Under the pieces are notes generated by a model that was not told where the DNA came from, searched no databases, and saw nothing but the letters and a program-made list of their open reading frames with translations. From Takakia lepidozioides (lineage: Eukaryota > Plantae > Bryophyta), in contig CM060734.1 of assembly GCA_030704615.1 (NCBI GenBank), positions 36,208,001 through 36,272,000 on the forward strand: a stretch of DNA of 64,000 bases, written 5' to 3'. A program made the translations under genes and the position numbers. Below, piece by piece: positions 49,801 to 62,574 of the stretch (positions are counted from its first letter, which is position 1; the number at the start of each line of letters is the position of its first letter).

Positions 49801-51830
49801 AGGAAGTGGAGAGGTGTTTATGCCAACATCTGACAGACATTGACGTACTAGAGCCTTGAAATGAGGTACGCTGGAGCAAGTACATCAATATTTACAAATC
49901 TATAATGCTTCAAGACGTTTTGTACAAGGTTGGTGACGACGTCGTCGTGCAGGCAGATTCCATAGACTCGACACCATACAAAACTAAGATTATTAGCTTG
50001 TACACATCGCGAAGCTCTCTGAATATTTGATGCCACTGGTGCTCAGGAACTCGTCTCATTTTTAGCGCAATTATAAGGGTCCTCATGAACTCCTGATTGC
50101 CAACAATGAGCTCACGGATATTGGCTATAGCGGATCCGCGGTCTGATATTTGCCCACTTGCCATCGAGTTTTTTCACATGAATTTGATTGGATGTTCCCA
50201 TATGACCACATGTGTATTCGGCCGTTGGATTGCATTTGACATAAATTCATGTTGATATCACTTGCTCGACAAGGAATGGGTATAGTGTCGCATATGAGAT
50301 GCAAGATCTTCAACCTAGAGACCGGTTAGTATATATATATATCATTTGAAAAATTGTGAGACACATTATTGCGATGTGACGGCTTATAATTGATCTCAGA
50401 CCTAACACTTGACAGAAGATCCTCAGTTCCCTGTTCATGAACACATCATATGTTTGATTCATCAGTACTTGGAGTTTCCATGCTTCTGTATCTTGCCCTG
50501 CCATCAGAAAGTTCTAATACTATGTATATCTCAGTGAGTGTAGCGTCAACAAGTTTTACAACCCAATATTATCTACCCTTCCCTGTGACAAACACTATGA
50601 AGAATGAACGATAACAAATTTTGGAGTTCAGCCCCAGTGATGATGCGCTGGTATTTTGAAACATTACACCACATTTATTCTACAATAGAAAGAACTTTCC
50701 GGAAAGACTTACTTCTGCTGAAAAGGTACATGTCATCTTTTGGTCTCCGAATACAGGTGATGAAGTGCGAGATCTATTTCATAAATAAAAAATTGTCATT
50801 GGCTGTATAGCCATAGTAGCTCTATAATGGTGGATTTTATGGGTGGGTGTCACCGTTCGTGTGGGGTCTTGGTTTGCTTGGGGGGGATGTCTACACATAG
50901 GGGCAGATCAGTGGGCCAACCCCCGCTTACTAGGTTATTCTTTGAGATGATACACAGAGCTCGGTCCTTGAATAACACGAACACGAAGATTCAAAATAGA
51001 GTGTATGTGTCTTGTCATTTGCTCTTGGCAATGTATATCCTTCATCAACCTTGTTTTTTTTTTCTGGTCATCTGTTTTGATCTAAACGTATAAGTACTCG
51101 TTGATTGTGCAAATTACCTCGTTGTTTTCACTTCCTAGGTTTGCATTCTTTGTGTCTTCATTTTGTCTTGGTTCATATGGTAGATCTGCTTAAATCTTGG
51201 AGTATGAAACTTGATATAGTTGGTAGTTCGGAACACCTGCAATGCTGGGTAACAGAAGACTATCACGCGAATACATAGGCCTAGTGACGGGTGTGTTTGT
51301 TATTTGGTGGAAGCTTGGACATTGTGACCTTAGATTTTGGCCTGAGTTCTCTATCGGAGGTAATCTTCATTAGCCTAGTCCTCCCTGCCTTTAGTTGATT
51401 TGACCTCCATTGATTTGACCGATAGATTAAAAATAAAAATAAAAATAAAAAAAATCCAGAGGCTTATGGGTATTATAAGTGAGTCATTTACCACAGGGAT
51501 TTGTGCAATTTCAAGTTTTGGAATGGCCTCCTTTGGAGATAGCCTATAATTTTGTAGGTCCTTGGTAGTTAGAGTAGTTTGACCCCCCCTTGCAAACACC
51601 TACAAAAGACCATTTTCACCAAAAGATTGGATTCACATGAATTTTTGACATGCCAACGGCCACCCTATTGTAGGTTTTTAAAATGTGTGTTTGGCTCATA
51701 GGAAAAATCAAGCAGCCCTTAATTAGCTTGGTCAAAACTCTAAATGCATAGTTTGAAAAACCTCCCCACTATAACAACCACACCAGCTAGCTCTTCTTGA
51801 GAAGAGATAGAATAAGTTGTTGATGTGTAT

Positions 51831-51861
<31 letters not shown>

Positions 51862-51899
51862 TAGTCCAACTCTTTTTTATTTTTTTACCTCTTATAACA

Positions 51900-51995
51900 G
51901 GAAGGTGGACACCTTGATGACACACCAGACGGTGGTTTGATCCCACAACCACATCCAACGTGGTATGTGCCCATTACCATTGGGCTACATGCTGG
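51900..51995 (-). mobile_element. tRNA-derived SINE, family 2
   Basis: Reverse complement CCAGCATGTAGCCCAATGGTAATGGGCACATACCACGTTGGATGTGGTTGTGGGATCAAACC matches 6293-6390. Confidence 0.6.
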
Positions 51996-53557
51996 TTGTC
52001 CTATATTTCTCATTGTCCAAAAAATAGACAAGAGACAAAAATTCAATATTAAGAGTTTTGACATTTCATTAACTATTAGTATTATCATATATATAGTATA
52101 TATATTTACTATCGTAATAAATTAGTAAATTGAAGCAGGCTCACCACAAAACCAAAGTTTTGAATTTCCGAGGATTCGAAAACTGGGCAAACCATTGAAT
52201 TTAGTTTGGTGGTTTTATCATAATTAGTATCTAGAAGTGCAATAACATTTACATAGAATATATGAAGAAACAAAAGAAAGAAAGAAAGTAATATTAGAGC
52301 AAATTTGACCAAAAAACGGTTCTCATAATTCAATTTATTTTTCCGAACAGCTTAAAAAATATGACGATGACGTGATCGACAATGATGTATCCGACGAAAT
52401 GTGATACTATGGCATCATATTCCTGCTCTACCTAAAGCTATTCTCCGACCTTCGGTCGTCACTAGAATAATAGTGAATCCGGGGTAGGAGGGGTGGGGAA
52501 GATTTGATAAGGGGGACTGCCGAAGGAGCCCACGTTGCCTGAATTCGGCAAAAGTACTGTCAGATTGCACACGTGCATTAAGTTTTTACATTATTCATAT
52601 TGTTTTTCAAATTAATGTATTTAAAATAATGATGATGCTACAAAATAATGATGCTACAAATTGAAGCTATAGCATACCCAAATTTTATAAGGCAATACTG
52701 TGAAAGCTCTAATTTGTGGAAGTCTACTAAGGATATAATAAATATCTTATGCAAGTAAACGGTTGACAAAATCAAAATTCATATATTGAGTTCATGTAAT
52801 CTCAGCAATCAACCATGAATATTAACGGTTCAGATAATTACAAGAGGTTGAAAGGTGGTTATAAGTATGAGGAGCTGTATGATCTTTTCTTTTGTACCGT
52901 ACTCATCTATTTGCTATAATGGGGCTAGATCGATTTTGGATTGTGGCCGTCTTGACAAATTTATTATTGCCTAGTCTTGTAAAACGATATTTCATTTATA
53001 GTATCATGTAAACTATAATTGGGTTTATAAATTTGATGGATAACCTAAGGACACTCTCCGACTCTTGCATTATGATGTACATAGTAGGTTGTTTGAGATA
53101 TCAGTGCTCTTACAGTTTCAGCAAATTAAATATTTGGCATTGATACTTAACTACCATGAAAGCAACTACATTATTTTTCTGAAGCATGTTGTTGGGTGAA
53201 ATATATCCCGCTCCAAATTGGAAGAGACGTATGCGCGTAAGATGTTGAGTCTTGAACTCTTTCTATAGATCAACCCGTCTTGGATAAATAAAGTGGTATA
53301 GTAGATGTGCTTGTCTCTAGCATTAGATGTATCAAACATAATTTCTGATTCAATTATGGTGCAAATTGTGATATTGGTTATTCATGTACTAAGTTTTTCT
53401 CAAGTTTGTATAACTTATCATCTTTCATGTTTATGACCCACATGACACTGATATCTATTGTTGACCAATGCTAAATATTTCGACGTAATCATGTTTTCCA
53501 ATGTAATAAAAAGAGCATCATAATTAATACTATGTATGCACAAATATTTTATACATA

Positions 53558-54613
53558 ATGGAAAACAAATCATTATTGTGGTTTCATCCAGAGAAAAGTG
53601 GATGGCTTATGCTACAAAAGGGACACGATAAGACATGGAAAAAACTTCGTTGTATGATCAAAGATGAGTTTCTATATTACATACATAAGATGAACCATAC
53701 GGAGCCAACAGGTATTATCCCATTGCGAGGATGTAAGGTGGAACTTGTCAAATCCGAGTTGAAGAACGTTGAAAAATATGTATTTACCATTTATATTCTA
53801 CAACAATTGATACGTGATGGTCTTACAAATCATAGAAAATATATTTTTGCTGTAAAAGACTCTATTGATCGTCAAGCATGGGTGGATGTTATATTACGGG
53901 CTTCAGAGTCTAAGCATATTTTACGTATACGAGTTGAACATGAGCGGAAAGAATATCGGGATTTGGAATTGCGTTGGAAAATTGCCAAAGATCATGATGT
54001 TGGTCTATTCGTACCCCCAACAACTTTACCTGGAGAGGAGGATCCATTGGTGTTGCAAGCATTGGCTGATGAGCTTATGTCTATTTATCATCATGTTCAG
54101 CTTGCCAATCAAAGTTTGAAAAACATCATTACAAAAAATGAAATTATATCTATGCAAGCTACAATGCTTCAAGAGGTTGTTACCAATCTTGAGCAACAAG
54201 TACAACGACAATATTGGCAACATATTCAACATGATATAAAATCTTGTAATGAATGTTTAGAGTGGCTGTTGACAGCGCGATTTTCCTTACAAGATTTATG
54301 TAAAGAAGTGGATGTGATGGAAGGCATTGAGGAGTTGTGTCCTGAAGTAACATTGGTCCAAGGAGTGGATGTCACATTATTGCAAACTTTGAAAAATCTT
54401 TATACATTTGACCATGCGATTGTAGGATTGAAAAATCTACCTACTGCCATGGAACTACAACACCTTCGAGAACATATGAATGTCATTTATAAAGAAGAGC
54501 TTGTTTTGATACAAATAGCACTTCAAGGAGTTATGTTGGCATCACAATTTAAAAACCAAGAACAAACAAACAAAAAACCATCAAGACTAAGTATTAACAA
54601 CCAAAAGAAATGA
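53558..54613 (+). CDS. Intronless pleckstrin-homology (PH) domain + coiled-coil protein, 351 aa
   Basis: 1056-nt open frame in very AT-rich DNA. PH signature EKSGWL...KTWKK...LYY...EPTGIIPLRGCKVEL...YIFAV...RQAWVDVI, followed by heptad-rich helical sequence. Confidence 0.8.
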   Translation: MENKSLLWFHPEKSGWLMLQKGHDKTWKKLRCMIKDEFLYYIHKMNHTEPTGIIPLRGCKVELVKSELKNVEKYVFTIYILQQLIRDGLTNHRKYIFAVKDSIDRQAWVDVILRASESKHILRIRVEHERKEYRDLELRWKIAKDHDVGLFVPPTTLPGEEDPLVLQALADELMSIYHHVQLANQSLKNIITKNEIISMQATMLQEVVTNLEQQVQRQYWQHIQHDIKSCNECLEWLLTARFSLQDLCKEVDVMEGIEELCPEVTLVQGVDVTLLQTLKNLYTFDHAIVGLKNLPTAMELQHLREHMNVIYKEELVLIQIALQGVMLASQFKNQEQTNKKPSRLSINNQKK

Positions 54614-55751
54614 ACAAGATCGTTATAACAAATTTTATGTCTTATGTGTATGCTTTCATTTTATTCTATTTATCACACACACACACACACACACATATTT
54701 ATCTACTTTTTAATTATAAAAATTAAATGATTAGATTATAAACTTCATAGTTTATTTATGTATAAGTGCTAGTAGTGAAAAGTGTCAACAATGAAAACTT
54801 GTTGGTACTCATAACCATTGCATTGTGTGTTGTAGTGGTTTGTCCGAGAGGTTATTCAAGTGTGTGTTATAGTTTTGGAGTTATTGTAGTGGTGAGGAAT
54901 ATATATGAGTGTGGTATATGGAATTGATTCATTTTGCAGATGGCTTCATGTAAAGCCACTACTTCTGCACATTTGATGGTATGGAGGAGGGATGGTAAAT
55001 ACAGAAAATATTATTTAGAAAAAACATAAATAACTCAATCTCACAAAAAAATAAGCGGCTAGTCAAGTATGGCTCTTCCTTGTGAGTAGTAGAATTTATG
55101 TTCCTCCATAACACCTAGACTTGAAAATTCATGCATTTATATTTCGTAAGTTGGTCAATGACAGAGATGATAATAATAATATTTCTGCCTAATGGCCCCC
55201 ACGAGGTTATTTTTTCCTGTTTCTTAATTTGATTAAAAGGGCTCCGTCCCCTTTATAAAAAATAAAAATAGAAAATAATATTTAATATTTGATGCCTCCC
55301 CAAGGAAGTGTAAAATATGGTGTCTCTTCAGCCCCAAGGTTTACAACAAAGATGATACTTGAGGGAGGTGTTACCTAAAGAAGGCACATCGTGGAAGTAG
55401 TTTTCATCAAAGAGGAGGAGGTGACACCTGGGAAAGGCATAACAAGTGTTTAGCGATTTTTGACTCTATAATGCAGTGGTTTTTTCTTATAGCAAATTTT
55501 TGTCAAAATGCTTCCTTTTTTTGGGGCTACTAGTACCTCGGGAAAAGACATTAAATATATGTATATATATATATATTTTTCCCAGTTTTTGGAGAGATGA
55601 ACGAGAGGTTGTCGCCAGAAAATCTGTATGATGCCATCATGGACCCGTTAACACGTGCCACCTGTCACATAGCGACTTTCTAGGGTACCAACTTTTTTTT
55701 CCGCCACATTGGGCAATCTCCTTTTTTCTTTTTTCTTTTTTTCTCTTTTTA

Positions 55752-55961
55752 AGGAAACCTGGGAGCGACTGCTCACAATTCAGGCCCTTGAGGAGGGGGA
55801 AAAATTAACCCCCCTTTCAGATAAGCCATTAGGCACACAGGTGGGAAACTTCACCACCAGACCAGCCGGTCACGAACAATCCACACACCAGGCAGGGCAG
55901 CGGGTTTGAACCCTGAACCACCAGGGCGACACACTGTGCACTTACCAGCTGAGCTACCAGC
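55752..55961 (-). mobile_element. tRNA-derived SINE, family 1 (best-preserved copy)
   Basis: Minus-strand 5' end GCTGGTAGCTCAGCTGGTAAG (A box) ... GGGTTCAAACCC (B box), with an A-rich 3' tail. Confidence 0.82.
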
Positions 55962-56501
55962 TGATGTGCATCAACAAGCGGCTAGTCGCATATGGCTCCT
56001 CTTTGTGAATTGTGAAATCTACTTTCATCCATAATAAAAATTTCAAAATTCATCAAATTATTGCTCATAAATTGTTCAATAAGACAGATGTTACCTGAGA
56101 GAGGTGTTATCTGAAGGCACATCATGAAGTATTTAGAGGAGATGACACCTTCGTAGGGCTTAGCAAAATTTTTTCAACGATGCGTAATCTGCTCTTGCGA
56201 CCTTTCCCTTTCTAAGGCGCCAAGTATTTTTAAAATAAATACGGGTTATTTTTTCCCGTGCCTTATTTAGTTTGAGTAACAGAGGCTCTGTTCTCTGTTC
56301 CCCTTTTCAAATAAAATAGAATAAAATAAAAAATAAAATAGAATTAATTCTCTTCTAACATATTTTAATTAAAAGGTCAAAATATAACTAGTTGACGGAC
56401 GAGTCATGCCAGTGATTGTTTATCGATTCTCATTTTTCATCTTCGTCGTAAAGTGGTCAGTTGATCCAAGGTGTGGTTTTTTTGTTTTTCTTTTTCTTAA
56501 A

Positions 56502-56679
56502 GGGAAACCTGGGAGCGACAGCCCACAAATCAGGCTCTTGAGGAGCCTGATTTATGGGCCACGGAGGCACACAGGAGACAGAACGCCACGAACAATCCAC
56601 ACACGGGGGCAGGGAAGCGGGATTGAACCCCGAACCACCAAGGCGACACATTCTGCACTTACGAGCGGAGCTACCAGCC
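56502..56679 (-). mobile_element. tRNA-derived SINE, family 1 (variant middle)
   Basis: Same head (GGTAGCTCCGCTCG...GGGTTCAATCCC) and same 3' end as the 55752 copy. Confidence 0.75.
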
Positions 56680-59512
56680 AATGTGCAGGTGTTCCCCTTT
56701 TCATAAAAACAAAATAAAAAAAAGACTTTACGGATGACAGGGCCGACCACCAGACGGCTCTGCAGAGTGGTCACACGAGGGATTGCGCCTGCCACACGCC
56801 CGCTTGTGGCCGTGCGATAACAACACGGTGACGGCACCAATCAAACTCGGAGCAGAGCTGCGGCTGCTGCGACCTGGCAGGCAGGCCCGTGCGAGGCTAA
56901 CAACCCCATTTTCCATCCATCCGCTCAACACCATATGAATGGATGGACCCATATATCTTGCGGAAATGGTAGATGAAGTGCAGAAACAGTGGATGAAAGG
57001 GGATGGGGGGGGGGCGACGGTCAACAGAGAGGGTTGACGGTACCAACCGCGCAACGCAAAACGACAGCGATGCCAGCCTCTGCGCTCCCTAAATACGCTT
57101 CGCACTGTTGCGCCGTGGGATGGTGCTCATCGACGGACGCAGCATCTTATCACTTCCGCAGGAGGGGCAGAATGGAACGGAGTGGTCAAAGATAGTACTC
57201 CAGGCACTAAATCTGTCTCGCAAATAATGGCAGCGTCGCTTAATGCCCACGATCCCTGCCCCCCAAAATGCCACCCTGCCGTCTGACCCCGCTCTTGCTT
57301 CTCGTCCGTCTCGATCGACGAGCGTTCCGTTCGTGTGAGCACTGCAAAAGCTCTGGTCCTGTTCAACCGTTGCGCGGCTTTTGAGGCTCCCAGTAGTTTT
57401 GTTTTTCGTCGCTCAGACGTCCACAACGGCGCCGATGTCGGTCGTTCAGGAACTGACAAGCGCGGGCCCAGGTTGTGCACGCGTGCCGTGGGTCATCATT
57501 CTGGCCCAACTAAGAAGCAGCCACGTCGGATAAAAGCAGGTCCCAAATGACTGCCCCCTTCACTCGGCGAAGTACCCAGGTCGCCGCGATGATTAGTGTG
57601 CATCATTCGCCCATTGGCTGTTTGTGTAGAAGAAAACGTGGGTTTAATTGGCCGTGTCCGAGGTTGTTTGTTTTGTTTTATATATGTGTCAATGGAGTAT
57701 GGGTGAGACGACTGCAATTCCACGTTCTCGCTCCGTCTTTAGCTCGCCTTGTCGGGCGGCAGACGTCACAGGACTTGCGGAAGGCCCACCCGCACGTGCA
57801 TTCGAACTTGAATACAAGAGGAAGAGTACAAAAAGGTCGAGAAGAGCGGGATACTCGGGCAGTAGCAACGTGCCACGTTGGAGGAAGATTGAGGTCCTCA
57901 AATGGGCGGGACGTGGATGGAGGCGAGGCATGGCTAGCAGTAGGATCGACACGTGGCCAGCGCAGGGTTGTCGTTCCGCTTTGTGTGGGGTCGTCTCTCC
58001 TTCTCACGGAAGCCTCTGTCTGTCGCTGTGTATCTTGCAGTCTTGGTCTGCTGCAGGCACTTCGCAGGTTGCTCAGTGATAAGAAGCAATTAGAGTTGCA
58101 AGACTTCGGCAGAATCTAGGCTGTCTGCATTATTCCTATGTGTCTCTTTTTTCAAGTACTTTTCTGGCGGTTAGATGGATGGTATGGAGCGCGGTGAAGC
58201 GGCATTGTGGAGTTGTAATCCCGCTCGCTCGCCTTTCCAAAGTATGGTGAGATCGATGATACCGTGCCGGCACTTGAAGCCGCACTAAGGAGTAGCGGTC
58301 CGCCTGTTCTTGATGTATTCCTCTCTCTTCTTTCAAACCAATAGGTGAGACTGGCACAATCTCTCTGTATTTTTTTCTTACGGATCTCTCTGTGCCTCTC
58401 TGTGCTTTTTCTTTAGCTTGGCTAGATCGATTCCATTGTTAGCCTTGATAAAGGTGAAGAACCCGTCATCCTCTCTCTCTGTTTGATTGCGAACTCTCCC
58501 GCTCCCCTCTCTCATCTGAGACGCGCTGCACGGAGCGGGGTCGAAATCTTTCCGTCTTTCTGTTACAGTCGGCCATGCGACCATACTCGTTATGGAGGAT
58601 AGCAGCATCTCGCATCGTTCTTCGTTCCTTATCTCTCTCCATATTCAGTTTCTTACTGCCTTTTAGTCGGCGATGTTATGGCCCAGTGATCTCTATCGTT
58701 TATCTCCGTATTCTCTGTTGTTTTATTCCCTATACTGTGTCCTGTTGAGGTCGGACGGTAGCAATCACCCATCCACTTATCCCATCCGTAACGCAGGAGT
58801 AGATTCTCACTTCATCAGCAATTTCTCTCTCAAAACAAGCGGAGGGTATGGGGTAGCAATCTCCCTAGTCCTCACCTCCCGTCCTCGCTCTGTCTTTCAT
58901 GCAGGTCGACACAGGGTTGGCGGATGCCATTTCTGGATCTTAAAGAGCATCAAGAAGTAGTGTCCGTGTCTTTCTTGCTGAGTGGAATTGGTTACCAAGG
59001 GCTTCAAGAGAAAGGACCTGTCTTGGATCTGTTTGAAATCATATCTGGTGGCTACAAGTTTCGGTCTTTTACATTTTTCACTCATCAACCTTGGCATAAG
59101 TCAATCTCCAGGGACTAGACACAGGCAATCACGATTTATTTTGTCAAATATGTAGAGAAAGTGATGCACAGAGCGACAAATCAGAGAAATAGAGACCACT
59201 TCAGGCGTCCTAATGGTGTACATTCCTGTCTGAGAACGTGGGACGATCTATGCATTGATCTGAGCAAGTGGAATGCTTGTGCATAGAACCTTGCTTAAGA
59301 TAGTTATGATTTCAGACAGCTGTTAATCAGAGTGAGTGTAAGAGTAGGTGAGCTCTCTTTACGTCATTGAACCCTCCCAAGTTCTATCTTGGAGCTCTGA
59401 AGTTGCTTCTGATTCACAACACCTATATCCGTACGTCTCTTTTTTACAGAATTCCACTGCACACTCAATCCCTCTTCCTCTCTTCAATATACAGTACTAA
59501 GTCATCACCAAA

Positions 59513-62500
59513 ATGAGTGAAACGTGCCCACTTCCTGCTCCGGCCGGACCAAAGGGGGGTCCAGTGCAATTTGCAGAAGTAGGGAAACATGCCAGGGATT
59601 TATTACACAAGGGGTTTATAGGAGGTCATCTGGTGTCAATTTCCTGCCTGGGCCCTTGTGGTGCCACATTGACATCCACTGCCACCATTGTACACGATGT
59701 CACAGTCTGCGTCATGTCCACCAGCCTCAGGGAGGGCAAGCATAAACGTGATCTCTCCTTCAGCACTCTGAATAATAAGGTGCGTCTGTCCCTCTTTAAT
59801 CAAGTGTCTCGTTTTCTTTTTTCACTGTCAGCAACTACATTCGCATGATGCCTATTCCAGTACTGGCTTACTCAAGAATTCAGGTCTGATGGTAGTGGAC
59901 AGGAGTTCACATATTTTGGCATTGTTTCCTCTCAATTGAATGTGGAGTGAAACTTGTAAAGAAGCCATTTGATGCAGAGGGCTACGCAGTTGTTTCAAGA
60001 ATGTGCTTGATAGACTTCCTCTTCTATGATCACTCCGTTTTCCGCATTTCTCCTTTTCTTCAATGGATGTGTGTCTCTTTATCTTGTGCAGATCAGCGCC
60101 GCAACAATGTGCACTAATTGTTACTGTCCAGGCTTGACAGTGGGGCTGCAAACAGTGCTGCCTGGGGTATTGCATGAAGGGAAAGTTCAGGTCTGTGGAC
60201 TTCTAACATGTTGTGCCTCTGGGTATTGCAAAATGTGTTCAAAACCCTAAACCCCAAATTTCCACAAGGAAATGAAGGAAGAAACTTAGTGTAAAGACCA
60301 CGGAGATGTAGTAATGGACAATAGCTTGTGAACATTGTCTGCTATATATTTGACTAGGGGTATCTGCCCAGGAGTCACATGACATTGACATCATCCTATT
60401 ATAGATGATATATCTATCCCCTTAATGTAGATGAGATCCAAATGGAAATACCCAGTCACGTGGAGCTCGAATAGGCTAGAGTGTGTCCACTGGTTAGCAC
60501 AGATAGGATGCGGCTATGACCACACTATGTGTCACACTTCATGGAAAAGGACTGGGATAGGGTAAAAAATAAGGGCACATTAGAGGAGAATGAAGTACAT
60601 AACTTCTTGGTTGCAAGGGACGACCATGATTTCAGTGCAGTCCAGAAGTCCATTTCAACCATGTGTGTGAACTTTACAAGCATTAGATGTATTTCTTCTG
60701 TTGTTAACTGTCTCCTAGTCAACACTCGGTGTTTATTTGTGTTGAATGTCTTTGCTCATCATGTAACAGGGTGTTATATTTACTTGGGATATCTGAAGAG
60801 CAATGTAAGGTTACACCAAAAAGAATTTGAAGTGTAGAAATTCTCATTCTGCACAGTCAATTTGCCCCTACAGGTGCAGTACCAGAATGAATGTTCTGCC
60901 CTTAGTACAAAGGTTCATGGTTTGAAAGGAAGACCTGAAGTTGAAGTGTCTCTTAATGCGGGCTGTCCAACAATCTTTGCTGGTGGGTCAGCAATCTACG
61001 ACACTCTTGCAAGGCGCGTGGTTTCTTCAAAAGTAGGTGAGTCAGGTCTTTTCCACTCTCTCTGCTCTCTGAACTGTTTTAAAGCCTTGAATGAAGAACA
61101 ATATCTCATTGAGTGCTGGGCACTTCAAATATATAGAGTAGGTTACTTCCCACTCTGCAGTAGGCTAATACAGCTGGGAAAAAGGGAGCCCACATACCCA
61201 GATGTGGACATGAGGGTGAGGGTAGTGTCATTTGATAAGGCTGCTTAACAATTGGGGATTATGCATGGAATTTTGTTTTGAGTGAGGCACATCGAACAAT
61301 GCAGGATACAACCATACACACAGTAGGCAGATTGTACGGCTATTTTCACTGCAATGTCATGTTTCAGGCCCTCAATGGAAAAGTCCAAATACAATGCCAC
61401 TAGACCTCTTTTGCTTCACTTCATGAAGCCTCAGGCCATAATGGAAGCTGTGACCCTCTGGGGTCTAATCTTTGGAATGATTACGCACATAAGATTAATG
61501 CTATTGGAAAGATTTATTTTGTGAAATTCTGGACGTCTAGAATCGAATACATTGTAAGAGGTCAGTCTTCTACTGAAAGGCACCTTGTATGATGGAAGTA
61601 GTCCCTTCTGCCCACCTCCTTTGCCCCTCCCTTCTCTCAACTTTTGGGCCCCTCCAAACCCAAGTTGGGGTCTATGACCAGTCTACTGAGAGCATCTCTA
61701 TGCTGGCAGAGCATTGGTGAAGTGTGAACTTGAACACAGGTACTTTCCACACTGTTGGAAGTGAGTAACTTAAAATGAATTTGGTTGCTGTTCTATTCTC
61801 TTGTCATCCCTCTCCCCAGCTTTCTGCTCCATCAAAATTGGTTCACAATTTGTGGCTGATTGCAGCAGAGTCTCATGAACATGTCTGGGGGCGCATTGAC
61901 ATCCATGCATTTTGCTATGCATGAATCATCTGGCTTGGTTTGGCAATATGTGGAAAGACATATTATCATATCTAATCCACTGATAGTTTCATTTCAGAGC
62001 TTGTAAGATTCCTCGATACATGTGTTCCACTTTTAGCGACTCCAGGGAGTAATGTGTAAGTGAAGGGCTACCTGGCCACTCCTTGAGGGGGAAGAAATGA
62101 ACCTTGTGAGGCTGTGTTTACCATGGCCTTGCATGGAACTCACTGAATGTTGGCAATGAAATAATGTTCCATGAGAACTACTTTTCACCAGTAATATTGA
62201 TCACTCATTGGTACACAGGTGTTGGCTATTCTACAGACAACACAACTGCTGCTATGTTGTATGATCCGTTGATTGACAAATGTGTCGATGCCTATTTCAC
62301 TCGCACCCTTTTGTCCCAAGCCCAGATTGGGGGCCAATTCACCCGCCTGATGGAGGGGGGACTCAACTCTGCTAAATTTGGGGGATCATATTCCTGGGAC
62401 CAACAGACTGTAGTTAAGGGGCGGGTAGATCACCGCGGTATGGTAGCAGGCTTGCTTGAGTTCTCCCCTAGCCCTCTTGTCACATTTGGTCTCCTCACAT

Positions 62501-62574
62501 CAGTCAACCTAAGGGATGTGAAAGCGAAGCCCCAAATTGGATTGAGTATGTCAGTGCTGGCCAGTAAGTCCTAA
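59513..62574 (+). CDS. VDAC: Divergent mitochondrial porin (VDAC)-like beta-barrel protein, about 294 aa, 4 coding exons
   Basis: Exons 59513-59779, 60092-60190, 60874-61036 and 62219-62574, GT-AG with consistent phases, total 885 nt. Motifs GP..F.EVGK.ARDLL.KGF, GKVQVQY, D..TVVKGRV...G.VAGLL and K.K.QIGLS. Confidence 0.88.

Noticed and set aside
55890-55961. Functional tRNA gene
   Set aside because: A and B boxes are present but there is no convincing cloverleaf or anticodon arm. It is fused to a conserved non-tRNA body and A-rich tail in several copies, so it is a SINE.
55050-56170. Duplicated blocks (55055-55440 vs 55975-56160; GGCTAGTCAAGTAT also at about 10331)
   Set aside because: Real but old, patchy repeat similarity without definable ends; could not be classified.
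57547-58119. Overlapping 190-aa and 143-aa ORFs
   Set aside because: GC-rich promoter/5'UTR-like DNA gives long chance ORFs; no domain signal.
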